64,000 bases of DNA from Macrostomum lignano (taxonomy: Eukaryota). Positions within the stretch are counted from its first letter, which is position 1. Every line of letters begins with the position of its first letter. Below the pieces are notes generated by a model. The model was not told the DNA's origin. It did not search any database and saw nothing but the letters and a program-made list of their open reading frames with translations. Position numbers and translations under genes: made by a program. Shown one piece after another: positions 1 through 12,423 of the stretch. The stretch lies in assembly GCA_002269645.1 (NCBI GenBank), contig NIVC01000356.1:124001-188000 (forward strand). Direction: 5' to 3'.

Positions 1-1847
1 GTCTGAACTATGTTAGGCCCATGCCTCCTTTTCCTGCACTATAATGTACTAGGCCTAGCACAAGTCCCAAAGATCAATGATTTGGTAAATGGTGCATTCT
101 CTTCCCTGTGCCCCTGTGAAATATTTTAAAATATGTGGTTGTTCTTCTGGTCTCTCACTTCTATGGCTCTAGGTCTACTTCAAATATCAATGTGAGAGCC
201 AAATAACTGAGGCCGCAAATTCAACTGACTTTTCCTGATAATGCAAACACTTGATGTTAACTTACAGACCATTGTATTTGATAGTTGCAATCCACGTGCT
301 CCTGATCTACTACAATGCGATAAAATTTTATGGAAGCTCAACTCGAGAGAACAAGAAGGACAGCCGACCAATGGTGATGGGTGTGCCAATGGCTGTGGCA
401 GTTGGAAGTATTGCTACAAGATGGCTGGCCATGGGACACAAAGCAGGGCAAACGGCAAGGCCTTGGGCTGCTGTTTTTTTCAGATGGCTGATCACGCCAG
501 TGCGCAAGTGGTGTGAGCGCCGCCTTGAATCGTGGCAAGAGCTCCAGCATGTAGAAGAGGAGTTTGTGGTGGGATGTTGTTGGGGTAATTTTATTTTGGT
601 TTAATTTGAATTATGGGAATAACTAACTTGAAGTTGGGGTGACTTTAGTTTGACTTCTTTTTTGTAATTTTTGTGTAGTTTTCTGTATATATATATAATT
701 GGATAACTTATCAGTTGATATATTGTTGTTACAATAACCCTTTTTGTGTGTAAATTTTGTAAAATACATAACTAAAACTGACCTGTTTAACTTTTTTAAA
801 TAAACACAGGCTGCTTAAAGGGGGAGTGGGGAAATATGGGCATAGTTCTATTTTAATAAAGTAGATAATAGATAGCATAAATGTAGTTTTTTGTAAAGCT
901 ACTAGCAAAATAACTAGGATACAAGCTATATGGGTTACCAAACAGCTTTTGTCACTGGCAATTGGGAGATAGGAGAAAAGTTGAGGTTAATTCGGTCGTA
1001 ATCCATCATGCAAAACAGGAAATGACTAGGGAAAGATCCCAGGAGAAGTTGGTTGTCAGAGATTGCGGAAAAACATTGCTGAACCAGTAATTAGATGGCA
1101 CAATAAGACTGGCCTGGACAGTTTGATTACTGAAAGGATTTTCTTGGGGGAAGATTAGGGGGCATGCAAAGTCTAGCTTAGGCAGTTCAATTAAGATAGT
1201 TTTTTTCAGGAGGCTGAGTAAACACACAAGAAAATCCTCAGCCTTCTGAATGATTTATAGGGAGCAGATATCAGGATCACCAATCCAGTAAGGGCTTTGG
1301 TCAATAAGAAGTGATGGATGAGGCGTGTAGGCTTTTCAAACAGTAGATCTGAGGCTTTAAATCATGGAAAATGATTAATAGTCAGGCAAGCGGCCTGACT
1401 AAAGCAGTACATAACTGCTTTTCATTGGTTGAAGTTGGGGTCGTGTTCTCAGCTTTTGCTAGTTGGAGCGCATTCATTGGTTGAAATACATTCAATCTGG
1501 ATGGGAACTTTCTAGAGCAAAAATGTGTCACTTCACCTGCCCCATGCCATTACCATGTGCAGTGCTAACTGCTATATGACACACCATTGCTAGGGGCCAA
1601 TCTGCAATGGATGCTATTTGCAATAATGACCATTGGCTACAATAGGGTCAGGCGATGGGAATATTTCATAGGCATATAGAAATTACACTTTCTAGGACAA
1701 GCCTTTTGCTGGGCATACTAACCTAGTCCTAGGCTATTAAATTAGTCATGTCATGTGTATATCAATTATAACAAAAAACAAAAATATCAAAAGTCAAGCC
1801 ACATGTTTTTCATGCACTAATTCAATTATTCAGTCCAGACGCGCACA

Positions 1848-2171
1848 ATGGACAGTCTAATTAATGCATTAAAAAGTCGGCTGCCACCATCGCACATGGA
1901 TTTCGAAGGTCAGCGTCGTGCTGAAACTGCCTTTCAATGGGTGTTGGGCATTTTTGCCACTATTGGCTTTGCGTGCGGCTATGCCTACCAGCAATTCTCG
2001 CTCACTGTGTACATCCTGGGCATTGGCTTTGCCATTGCTGCCTTACTAACGCTGCCACCGTGGCCGATGTACAGGCGGAATCCGCTGAAATGGCAACCTG
2101 TTCGCGTTAATAACACTGCAGGTGAAAATGATGTTAGCGTTGGCGCTAAGTCTTCTAGGAAGGACAAGTGA
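1848..2171 (+). CDS. SPCS1: Signal peptidase complex subunit 1 (SPC12), single coding exon, 107 aa
   Basis: MDFEGQRRAE...two hydrophobic segments...LLTLPPWPMYRRNPLKW matches the SPC12 family signature. Splice-acceptor-like ctaattcaattattcag ends at 1833. AATAAA near 2661. Confidence 0.95.
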   Translation: MDSLINALKSRLPPSHMDFEGQRRAETAFQWVLGIFATIGFACGYAYQQFSLTVYILGIGFAIAALLTLPPWPMYRRNPLKWQPVRVNNTAGENDVSVGAKSSRKDK

Positions 2172-2295
2172 CTGTTGATTGTGTTGATTACTGTATGTTC
2201 CTAGTTTAATGTTGAATAGTTGATTTGCTAACTTGCGAGTTTGAAACTAATTCAATAATGATCTCTTGCACTCAATTGAATAGTCACTTTAGTTA

Positions 2296-2630
2296 ATCAC
2301 CCTCCCAGATCCTCAGTTGCTATAGGCTCCCCCCCAGATCCTCAGTTGCTGTAGGCTCCCCCTCCCAGATCCTCAGTTGCTATAGGCTCCCCCTCCCAGA
2401 TCCTCAGTTGCTATAGGCTCCCCCTCCCAGATCCTCAGTTGCTATAGGCTCCCCCTCCCAGATCCTCAGTTGCTATAGGCTCCCCCTCCCAGATCCTCAG
2501 TTGCTAGGCCGCCACCTTCCCATATTCTCAGTTGCTAGGCCGCCACCTTCCCATATTCTCAGTTGCTAGGCCGCCCCCTTCCCGTTCCCAGATCCTCAGA
2601 CTGGGCTTCCACCTCCCAGATCCTCATTTG
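2296..2630. repeat. 31-bp minisatellite (cccctcccagatcctcagttgctataggctc), about 7 copies plus diverged variants
   Basis: Tandem units read directly, downstream of SPCS1. Confidence 0.9.
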
Positions 2631-3446
2631 CTTAAGTTAACTTCGAGTTACCTTATTCTTAATAAAATAATTTATCAATTACGTTGCTATTAATACTAAA
2701 TAGAGCCTTCTGTTTTGCTTGTTTCGCTTTTTTAATAAAAACACTATTGATGATGGCTGGCCAGTGGCCATTATTACAGTGCTACACGTACATGGCGCGG
2801 TAAGAGTATTATATCGGCACGCGGTAAGAGTATTATGTCCTCGTAGGCTATGCTAGGCGTTAATTTTAGAATTAGGTGATCACATATGTGGCCACCGCCT
2901 CGCATTCCTATTGATTGTTAAGCACTATTTTATTATCTTGCTACTTGTTTTATTTTAGCTATTTCTGGTGCCTGTAGCTGCATGTATCTTTAAAATTACT
3001 GTACATCATTAGTATAGAAAAATGGAGAAATATATTATTAACCCGGTAAAATTTGCGGTACTGTTGCACATTGTGCTCCTAATAAAAATATTCGTCATTC
3101 AAGTCTGCGTTTGATCTTCGTGTTTCTACATGTAATTCTTTTATTAGACCAAACCACTCATAACTATAACTAATAATAATGGATTCATAACTAATAATGA
3201 ATGTGCATATGCAATGCATGTGCATACACACATGCCCCGGTGTGAATACGAATAGCGATAGCTACGCTCTTAAAACACTCGCATTAACGAAGCTAAAAAC
3301 TGATAGACGATTGCAAAATTGAGGCTTTAAAATGACCTATATTACAATTTCCATGCGAATTTAGTGCTGTTTTATAATTAAATTAGTAAACTGACTATAT
3401 AGTTTGTGTTGCTAATCGATATATGCATTGACTATATACATGTACA

Positions 3447-4068
3447 AGCTGTTGAAACCCGCGGATTTTGAACCCGGGGAATTCCAATACCCGGAACTAC
3501 TTTTGCATGTATTCTGAAATCTAAGGCCATACACAAACAAAAACTTGTTAATAGTTAGTAGGATAGAGGTAGACATAAAATGGAGCACATTCGTGTAAAA
3601 TTAAGGTTTGAGACATTGTTGGCTGGGGTACTGCGCAGAATGTCAGGCAATGTCTGTCTGACTCTAAAGCATATATTGCTAAACTCTGGTCTCTCCCTGA
3701 CTCTCCCTACTTCCCTTGGATCCTTTAAAATTTCTATCGTCTCTTTGTTTCCTCTCATCTCTCTCGTCCCTCGTCTCTCCTCTCTCCTCTCTCCCCTCTT
3801 CTCTCGTATCTTCCCTCATCTCTCTTCTCTTTCATCTCTCTTATCTCATCTCTTGTCTCTGTTTCTCTTTCCTCTCCTTTCTCCTCTCTACTTTTTCGTT
3901 TTCTCTCTCCTCTCCTCTCTCCTCTCTCCCCCTCTCCTCTATTCTCTCATCTCTCCCCTCTTCTCTCGTCTCTTCCCTCACCTCTTTTCTCTCTCGTCTT
4001 TGCTCTCTCATCATTCCTTTCTCTTCTTTTATCTTTTATCTCTTATCTCTTCTTATTTCTCTCTGCTC

Positions 4069-4144
<76 letters not shown>

Positions 4145-4754
4145 GTCTTTCTCTCTTATCTCTCCTTCTCTCTCTACTCTCTCCCCTCTCCATTCTCCTC
4201 TTTCCTCTCCTCTCTCCTCACTCACTTCTCTACCTTTGTCTCTCCTCTCTTCTCTCGTCTCTGTAACCTCTCCTCTGTTCTCTCTACTCTCCCATCTCTT
4301 ATCTGTTCACTCTCGTCTCTGCTCTCTCATCCCCCTCTTTAATCTGGCATCTCTGTCTTATATGTTCTCTCACCTCTCTCCTCTGTACTCTTTTCTTTCC
4401 CCTCTTTTGACTCCTCACTTTCCTTTCTCCTTTCTTCTTTTCTCTTCTCTTCCCTTTTCTATACTCTGTCTCCTTCTCTTCTCTCACTCCACTCTCCTCT
4501 CTCCGTTATCTCTTATCTCTCCTTCCACCTCTCTCATCTCTACAACCTTAGAGATGTAGAGATGTATCTTTATCTCTTCTCTCTTCCCTTTACTCTCTCA
4601 TCTCTTCTTTCACCTATTTCCTCTCTGCTCTCCTCTCTGCTCTCTCCTCTCTCCTCTCATCTGCAGCTCTCTGCTCTCTCATCTCTATACTCTCTCCTCT
4701 CGCTTTTCCTCTCTCCCCTCTTCTCCCCTCTCTCTCATCGTCCTCACCCCCTCA
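3447..4754 (+). mobile_element. Dispersed element with a unique head and CT-rich body, including a pure (CT)n at about 4075-4138. Interrupted at 4754 and resumes at 12704 to about 12810.
   Basis: Head AGCTGTTGAAACCCGCGGATTTTGAAC is identical at 59678, and later blocks (cattcgtgtaaaatta, ttgttggctgggg, tatgttctctcacctctctcctctgtactct) are also shared. Confidence 0.7.
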
Positions 4755-5227
4755 TCATATATACTAAAAATGAAATGTCTGTAACTATCTAGCTATGCGA
4801 TAGATTTCAGAAAAAGTGGCTCAACCGATTTTCTTCAAACTTGCACCATTTGATCAGAAATTTTCCTGGGACGGTACATGCATCTTGGCTAAGAAATTGC
4901 TCAATTTTAAAGGGATTAAATATTCGAAAAACATGCTTTTTTGCAAAGGTCAAGCAGCTCTTTCGACCTGAAATGAATTGTAAAAATGCGAAAGAAAAAA
5001 CTGACTGACTGAATTTCAATTGTGATAAAGATTGCATCACAACAAGATGAAAACAGTGTCGAAAAAATGCACACAAGACTTGATTGTAATTGCGTAACCA
5101 TATTGCTAACTTGAATTGAGACTGATACTGGCTGACTGAGAAATTGATTATGTCATAACTTTTTACTCTAACTGACTTGCTATAAGAATTGAATTATAAG
5201 GGCCACAATACATGTTCTCCAATTGAA

Positions 5228-5310
5228 AAGAGATAGCCAAGATGGGAACAGACTGGACTGCTAATGTAGCGACCTGGGTTCGAATCTTAGTAGTGCAAAA
5301 ACATTTTTTT
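5228..5310 (+). other. tRNA-derived Pol III-like unit (SINE-head relic) inside Helitron A; homolog at about 8635-8714
   Basis: A-box TAGCCAAGATGG (5234-5245), B-box GGTTCGAATC (about 5277-5286), T7 run at 5304-5310. No clean acceptor stem. Confidence 0.55.
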
Positions 5311-5339
5311 ATTAAAACACTTTAAAACACAAAATGCTA

Positions 5340-7150
5340 AACATAAAAGAAGCGCAATGTCAAATATAAAAGAGCCACCATGCCAAACAAAAAAAAAGTG
5401 CCACCATGTAGAACACAGAAGAGACACCATGTCAAACATAAAAGAGCCACCATTTCAAACATAAAAGAGCCACCATGTGAAACATATACGTGACTCAATG
5501 TCAAACATTAAAGAGCCACCATGTCAAACATTAAAGAGCCACCATGTCGAACATAACAGAGACAACATTTCAAACATAAAAGAGCCATCATGTCAAACAT
5601 AAAAGAGCCACCATGTCGAACATTAAAGAGCCACTATGTCAAACATAACAGAGACAACATTTCAAACATAAAAGAGCCATCATGTCAAACATTAAAGAGC
5701 CACCATGTCGAACATTAAAGAGCCACCATGTTGAACATTGAAGAGCCACCATGTCAAACATTAAAGAGCCACCAAGTAAAATATAAAAGAGCTACCATGT
5801 CAAACATAAAAGAGCCACCATGTCGAACATAACAGAGACAACATTTCAAACATTTAAGAGCCACCATGTCAAACATAAAAGAGCCACCATGTCGAGCATA
5901 AAAGAGCCACCATGTCAAACATAAAAGAGCCACCATGTCAAACATTAAAGAGCCACCATGTCAAACATTCAAGAGAAACCATGTCGAACATAACAGAGAC
6001 AACATTTCAAACATTTAAGAGCCACCATGTCAAACATAAAAGAGCCACCATGTCGAGCATAAAATAGCCACCATGTTGAACATTAAAGAGCCACCATGTC
6101 AAACATTAAAGAGCCACCATGTCGAGCATAAAAGAGCCACCATGTCGAACATAAAAGAGCCACCATGTCAAACATTAAAGAGCCACCATGTCAAACATTC
6201 AAGAGACACCATGTCGAACATAACAGAGACAACATTTCAAACATTTAAGAGCCACCATGTCAAACATAAAAGATCTACCATGTCAAACATAAAAGAGCCA
6301 TCATGTCAAACATAAAAGAGCCACCATGTCGAACATTAAAGAGCCACCATGTTCAACATTAAGGAGCCACCATGTCAAACATAAAAGAGCCACCATGTCA
6401 AACATTAAAGAGCCACCATGTCAAACATTAAAGAGCCACCATGTCAAACATTCAAGATCAGCCATGTCGAACATAAAAGAGCCACCATGTAAAATATAAA
6501 AGAGCTACCATGTCAAACATAAAAGAGCCATCATGTCAAACATAAAAGAGCCATCATGTGAAACATATACGTGACTCAATGTCAAACATTAAAGAGCCAC
6601 CATGTCAAACATATACGTGACTCCATGTCAAACATTAAAGAGCCACCATGTCAAACATATATGACTCCATGTCAAACATATATGACTCCATGTCAAACAT
6701 ATATGACTCCATGTCAAACATTAAAAATAAAAAAGACACCATGTCACACATAAGGGAGCCACCATATCAAACATAAAAGAGCTACCATGTCAAAACATTA
6801 TTGAGCCATTATGCCCAATATAAAAAGACACAATTTCAAATGTAAAAGGGCCGCCATGTCAAACATAGAAGAGCCACCATGTCAAACATAGAAGAGCCAC
6901 CATGTCAAACAACTAAGCCACCATGTCAAACATAACAGAGACACCATTTCAAACGTAAAAGGGCCGCCATGGCAAACATAGAAGAGCCACCATGTCAAAC
7001 ATTAAAGAGCTACCATGTCAAACACAAAAGGGCCACCACGTCCAACATTAAAGAGCTATCATGTCAAACACAAAAGAGCTACCATGTCAAACATTAAAAA
7101 GCCACTTTTTTAAACAAAAAAGAGACACCATTTCAAACATAAAAGAAGTG
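5340..7150. repeat. 22-23-bp minisatellite (aaagagccaccatgtcaaacat) inside Helitron A
   Basis: Tandem units read directly. Confidence 0.95.
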
Positions 7151-7214
7151 TCATGCCAAACAAAATGAAACCATTATAAAGCTAAGGAAATTGTTGCACT
7201 AGCTACTTGTTCTC

Positions 7215-8010
7215 TGGTGGATGCTTGCTATTTAAGGATGGATACTTGCTATCAGGGGGATGCTTGCTCTTGGGGGTGGAGAGTACTTGCTATCTGAGAG
7301 GGGGTTGCTAGATATCTATAAGGTATCTTTGTATCCAGGTTATGCTTGCTATCAGGGGTTGCTTGCTGTCTGGGGGATGCTTGCTATCTGGGGGGGGATG
7401 CTTGCTATCTAGGGGATGCTTGCTATCTGCGGGATGCTTGCTATCTGGGGGATGCTTGCTATCTGCGGGATGCTTGCTATCTGGGGGACGCTTGCTATCT
7501 GGGGTCTGGGGGAATGCTTGCTATCTGGGGATGCTTGCGATCTGGGGGATGCTTGCTATCTGAGGAATGCTTGCTATCTGGGGGATGCTTGCTATCTGCG
7601 GGATGCTTGCTATCTGGGGGATGCTTGCTATCTGGGGTCTGGGGGAATGCTTGCTATCGGGGGGATGCTTGCAGTCTGGGGGATGCTTGCTATCTGGGGA
7701 TGCTTGCCATCTGGGGGACGCTTGCTATCTGGGGTCTGGGGGAATGCTTGCTATCTGGGGATGCTTGCGATCTGGGGGATGCTTGCTATCTGAGGAATGC
7801 TTGCTATCTGGGGGATGCTTGCTATCTGCGGGATGCTTGCTATCTGGGGGATGCTTGCTATCTGGGGTCTGGGGGAATGCTTGCTATCGGGGGATGCTTG
7901 CAGTCTGGGGGATGCTTGCTATCTGGGGATGCTTGCTATCTGGGGGATGCTTGCAGTCTGGGGGATGCTTGCTATTTGGGGATCAATGCTTGAATGTTGT
8001 CTGAGGATGC
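7215..8010. repeat. 17-19-bp G-rich minisatellite (ggggatgcttgctatct) with a ~230-bp higher-order duplication
   Basis: Tandem units; variant ggggtctgggggaatgc recurs at about 7501, 7633, 7733 and 7863. Confidence 0.95.
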
Positions 8011-8759
8011 TTGCTGTCTTGGGATGTTTTGTTTTTAAGAGGGAATGTCTGTTGTTTTTTCTGAAGGCTTTATTTCGCTGTCTATTTGTTATTTGTAAAA
8101 AACAAGGATTCTATCCAGATGTCCCCCATCGGGGGGCAAAGATTGCTAGTCCTATATACTAAAAATGGTCTGTCTGTGTCTATGTGATCGATTAGAGAAA
8201 AAATGGCTGGACCGATTTTCATGAGACTTGCACTGTTCGATCAGAAATTTTCCCGTGACGGTACATGCATCTTGGCTAAGAAATTGCTCCATGTTAAAGT
8301 GATTAAATATTCGAAAAACATGCTTTTTTGCAAAGGTCAAGCAAACTTTTCGACTTGAAATGCATTGTAAGAATGCTAGAGAAAAAACTGACTGGTTGAA
8401 TTCTGATTCTGAAATAGATTGCATCATCACTGAATTGTAACTCCGACTTGAATTGAAAATGCAGTGTGGAAGCGTAGCACCAGACTTGATTTAAATTGCG
8501 TAACCATATTGTTAACTGATACTGACTGACTGAGAAACTGATTATGTCATAACTGCTTCGTGTGATTTACTCTATGCTTGGATTTTAAAGTGTTGAATTA
8601 TATAAGTGCAAAATTTGATGTTATCAAAACGATGAGAGCTAGCCTAGAGGTGAACAAACTGAACTGCCAAATGCAGCGACGATGGTTCGAATTTTCATAG
8701 AGTATAATTTTTTTAATTAAAGCTTTTCAACGTCAGGAAAACTAAAAAACTTTTTAAAA

Positions 8760-11190
8760 AGAAGCGTCATGTAAAAAATCATAGAAGTGTCATGTAAACA
8801 ATCATAGAAGCGCCATGTAAAAAATCGTAAAAGCGTTATATAAAAATCATAGAAGCGTAATGTAAACAATCATAGAAGCGTCATGTAAAAGTCAAAATAG
8901 CGTCATAAAAAATCATAGAAGCGTCATAAAAAATCATAGAAGCGTCATGTAAACAATCATAGAAGCGTCATGTAAAAAATCATAGAAGCGTCATGAAAAA
9001 ATCATAGAAGCGTCATGTAAAAAATCATAGAAGCGTCATGTAAACAATCATAGAATCGCCATGTAAAAATCGTAAAAGCGTTATATAAAAATCATGGAAG
9101 TGTAATGTAAAAAATCATAGAAGCGTCATGTAAACAATCATAGAAGCGTCATGTAAAAAATCATAGAAGCGTCATGAAAAAATCATAGAAGCGTCATGTA
9201 AACAATCATAGAAGCGTCATGCAAACAATCATAGAAGCGTCATGTAAAAATCATAGAAGCGTCATGAAAAAATCATAGAAGCGTCATGTAAACAATCATA
9301 TAAGCGTCATGCAAACAATCATAGAAGCGTCATGAAAAAGTCAAAATAGCGTCATGAAAAATCATAGAAGCGTCATAAAAAAATCATGGAAGCGTCATGA
9401 AAAAATAATAAAAGCGTCATGTAATAATCATAGAAGCGTCATGCAAAAATCATAGAAGCGTCATGAAAAAATCATAGAAGCGTCATGTAAAAATCATAGA
9501 ACCGTCATGTAAACAATCATAGTAGCGTCAATAAAAATCATAGAAGCGTCATGCAAACAATCATAGTAGCGTCATGTAAAAATCATAGAAGCGTCATGCA
9601 AACAATCATAGTAGCGTCATTTAAAAAATCATAGAAGCGTCATGTAAACAATCATAGAAGCGTCATGTAAAAGTCAAAATAGCGTCATAAAAATCATAGA
9701 AGCGTCATAAAAAATCATCGAAGTGACATGAAAAAATCAAAGAAGCGTCATGTAAAAAATCATGGAAGCGTCATGCAAAAATCATAGAAGCGTCATGAAA
9801 AAATCATAGAAGCGTCATGTAAAAATCATAGAAGCGTCATGTAAAAAATCATAGAAGCGTCATGTAAACAATCATAGAAGCGTCATGTAAACAATCATAG
9901 AAGCGTCATGAAAAAATCATAGAAGCGTCATGTAAAAAAGCATAAAAGCGTCATGTAAAAAATCATAGAAGCGTCATGTAAACAATCATAGAAGCGTCAT
10001 GTAAAAAATCATAGAAGCGTCATGTAAACAATCATAGAAGCGTCATAAAAAACCATAGAAGCGTCATGTAAACAAGCATAGAAGCGTCATGTAAAAATCA
10101 TAGAAGCGTCATGTAAACAATCATAGAAGCGTCATGTAAACAATCATAGAAGCGTCATGTAAAAGTCAAAATAGCGTCATGAAAAATCATAGAAGCGTCA
10201 TAAAAAATCATAGAAGCGTCATGTAAACAATCATAGTAGCGTCATGTAAAAATCATAGAAGCGTCATGCAAACAATCATAGTAGCGTCATTTAAAAAATC
10301 ATAGAAGCGTCATGTAAACAATCGTAGAAGCGTCATGTAAAAGTCAAAATAGCGTCATAAAAATCATAGAAGCGTCATAAAAAATCATCGAAGTGACATG
10401 AAAAAATCATAGAAGCGTCATGTAAAAAATCATGGAAGCGTCATGCAAAAATCATAGAAGCGTCATGAAAAAATCATAGAAGCGTAAAAATCATAGAAGC
10501 GTCATGAAAAAATCATAGAAGCGTCATGTAAAAATCATAGAAGCGTCATGTAAAAAATCATAGAAGCGTCATGTAAAAATCATAGAAGCGTCATGTAAAC
10601 AAGCATAGAAGCGTCATGTAAAAGTCAAAGAAGCGTCATGTAAACAATCATAGAAGCGTCATGTAAACAATCATAGAAGCGTCATAAAAAAAACCATAGA
10701 AGCGTCATGTAAACAATCATAGAAGCGTCATAAAAAAACCATAGAAGCGTCATGTAAACAATCATAGAAGCGTCATGTAAACAATCATAGAAGCGTCATG
10801 TAAACAATCATAGAAGAGTCATGTAAACAATCATAGAAGAGTCATGTAAACAATCATAGAAGCATCATGTAAAAATCATAGAAGCGTCATGTAAACAAGC
10901 ATAGAAGCGTCATGTAAACAAGCATAGAAGCGTCATGTAAAAAATCATAAAAGCGTCATGTAAAAAATCATAAAAGCGTCATTTAAAAAATCATAGTTGC
11001 GTCATGTAAAAATCATAGAAGCGTCATGCAAACAATAATAGAAGCGTCATGGTAAAATCATAGAAGCGTCATGGAAACAATCATAGAAGCCTCATATAAA
11101 AACTAATGAAAGTGTCATTTAAAAAATTAAGAAGAATAATGGAAGAATAAAAGAAGCGTCATGTAAAAATCAAAAGAAGCGTCATGTCAG
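8760..11190. repeat. 22-23-bp minisatellite (aaaatcatagaagcgtcatgta) inside Helitron B, about 100 units
   Basis: Tandem units read directly; unit count estimated from span. Confidence 0.95.
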
Positions 11191-12018
11191 ACATGAAAGG
11201 TGTCATATAAAAATTAAATGAAGCTATAGTACAGTGCTGTGCTGGGGAGAATTACTGAGACGTCAAGGCTCACAGAGAATAACTGAGATTACAGGTGGGG
11301 GGGGGGTTTCTGAGATGTCAAAGCAAAAGTCAGAAGCTACTTCAAAGTTCATGTACTTTACTCAATTTTTATTACATTCATTGTTGGCTCGCCACAGGGG
11401 GGCGCTGATAGAAGCAGAGTCATGTAAAAAATAAAAGTAGCACTATGTATACATATAAGAAAAGTCATGTCGAAGTTAAAAGATTCATTTGGGAATTGCT
11501 ACAATGTCAAAGCTTGGTGGAAATCGTTATAGTGCTGGTGATTCTTAAAGAAGGAAACACTAAAATGCCAAGGCTTAGGGGAGAAGAATTGCTGAGATTT
11601 CAAGGCTTTAGGTTGGGTTAAAGTTAGGTTTAGGTCAGGTGTGGGTTGAGGGTTTTTTTTATCGGGTTTCAAGGTTAACAGGGGATTTTTTTAGATTTCA
11701 AGATTTATGGGGGGCATCGCTGACATGTCAAGGCTTACGGGGGGAATAGCTGAGATGTCAAGGCTCACGGGGGTATAAATGAGATTTCAAGACTAAAGTC
11801 AGAAGCTACATGTAGTTTAATGAAAACTTTTTATTACATTTTTTTGTTGGCTCCTCAGGGCTCACTGATAGAAAAAGCATAATGTAAAAAATAAAAGAAG
11901 CTTCATGTCGAAGCGAAGAGATTCATTTGGGAATCCCTACGATGTCGAGGCTTGCAGGGAATCGCTATAACGCTGTAGTAGTGCTATAATGACTCAGAAT
12001 TACTGAAATTTCAATGCT

Positions 12019-12423
12019 TTAGGGTTAGGTTAGGGTTAGGGTTAGGGTTAGGGTTAGGCTAGGGTTAGGGTTAGAAGGTTGACAGATTTTTTAGACTTCA
12101 AGGCTTATTTGGGGCATCGCTGAGATGTCAAGGGGGAGTTGATTTGTTAAAGCTTGTGGGGGGAATTACTGACATTTCAAGGCTTACAAGTGACTTCTGA
12201 GGTATATTGCAAAGAGATGCTACATGTAGTTTATTACAAAACTTGTATTGTATTTTTGGCTCCCTAACGCTAAGATACTAAGCTAAAAAATACTACTAGC
12301 TCTTCACAAACTTATGCAGATGTCAGGCTGTAGGGTTAGTGTTAGGGTTGGTATTAGGGTTTAGGTTTAGGGTTAGGTTCAGGGTTATTGCGTTAAGATT
12401 CGGGTTAGGGTTAGGGTTAGGGT
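12019..12423 (+). repeat. Interstitial telomere-like (TTAGGG)n tracts inside Helitron B
   Basis: TTAGGG arrays at 12019-12074 and 12330-12423, with degenerate ones at about 11605-11650 and 12578-12600. Confidence 0.85.

Larger units (their letters stand above)
4755..8149 (+). mobile_element. Non-autonomous Helitron-like element A
   Basis: 5' A|TCATATATACTAAAAATG; 3' GC hairpin (ccccc-atcg-ggggg, 8123-8136) followed by gattgCTAG (8146-8149). First ~600 bp is homologous to 8150-8750. Confidence 0.8.

Noticed and set aside
241-604. GC-richer segment with overlapping ORFs at the window start
   Set aside because: No recognisable domain or convincing splice pair; it could still be an exon of a gene outside the window.
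5228-5310. Possible tRNA-Ser(GCT) gene
   Set aside because: No acceptor stem or long variable arm; kept only as a tRNA-derived relic.
3555-8162. Long ORFs over CT-rich and G-rich repeats (3580, 3716, 7346 and others)
   Set aside because: Low-complexity translations in several overlapping frames, with no domain signal.
12019-12423. TTAGGG arrays as a chromosome end
   Set aside because: Short, degenerate, internal to an element and flanked by genes.
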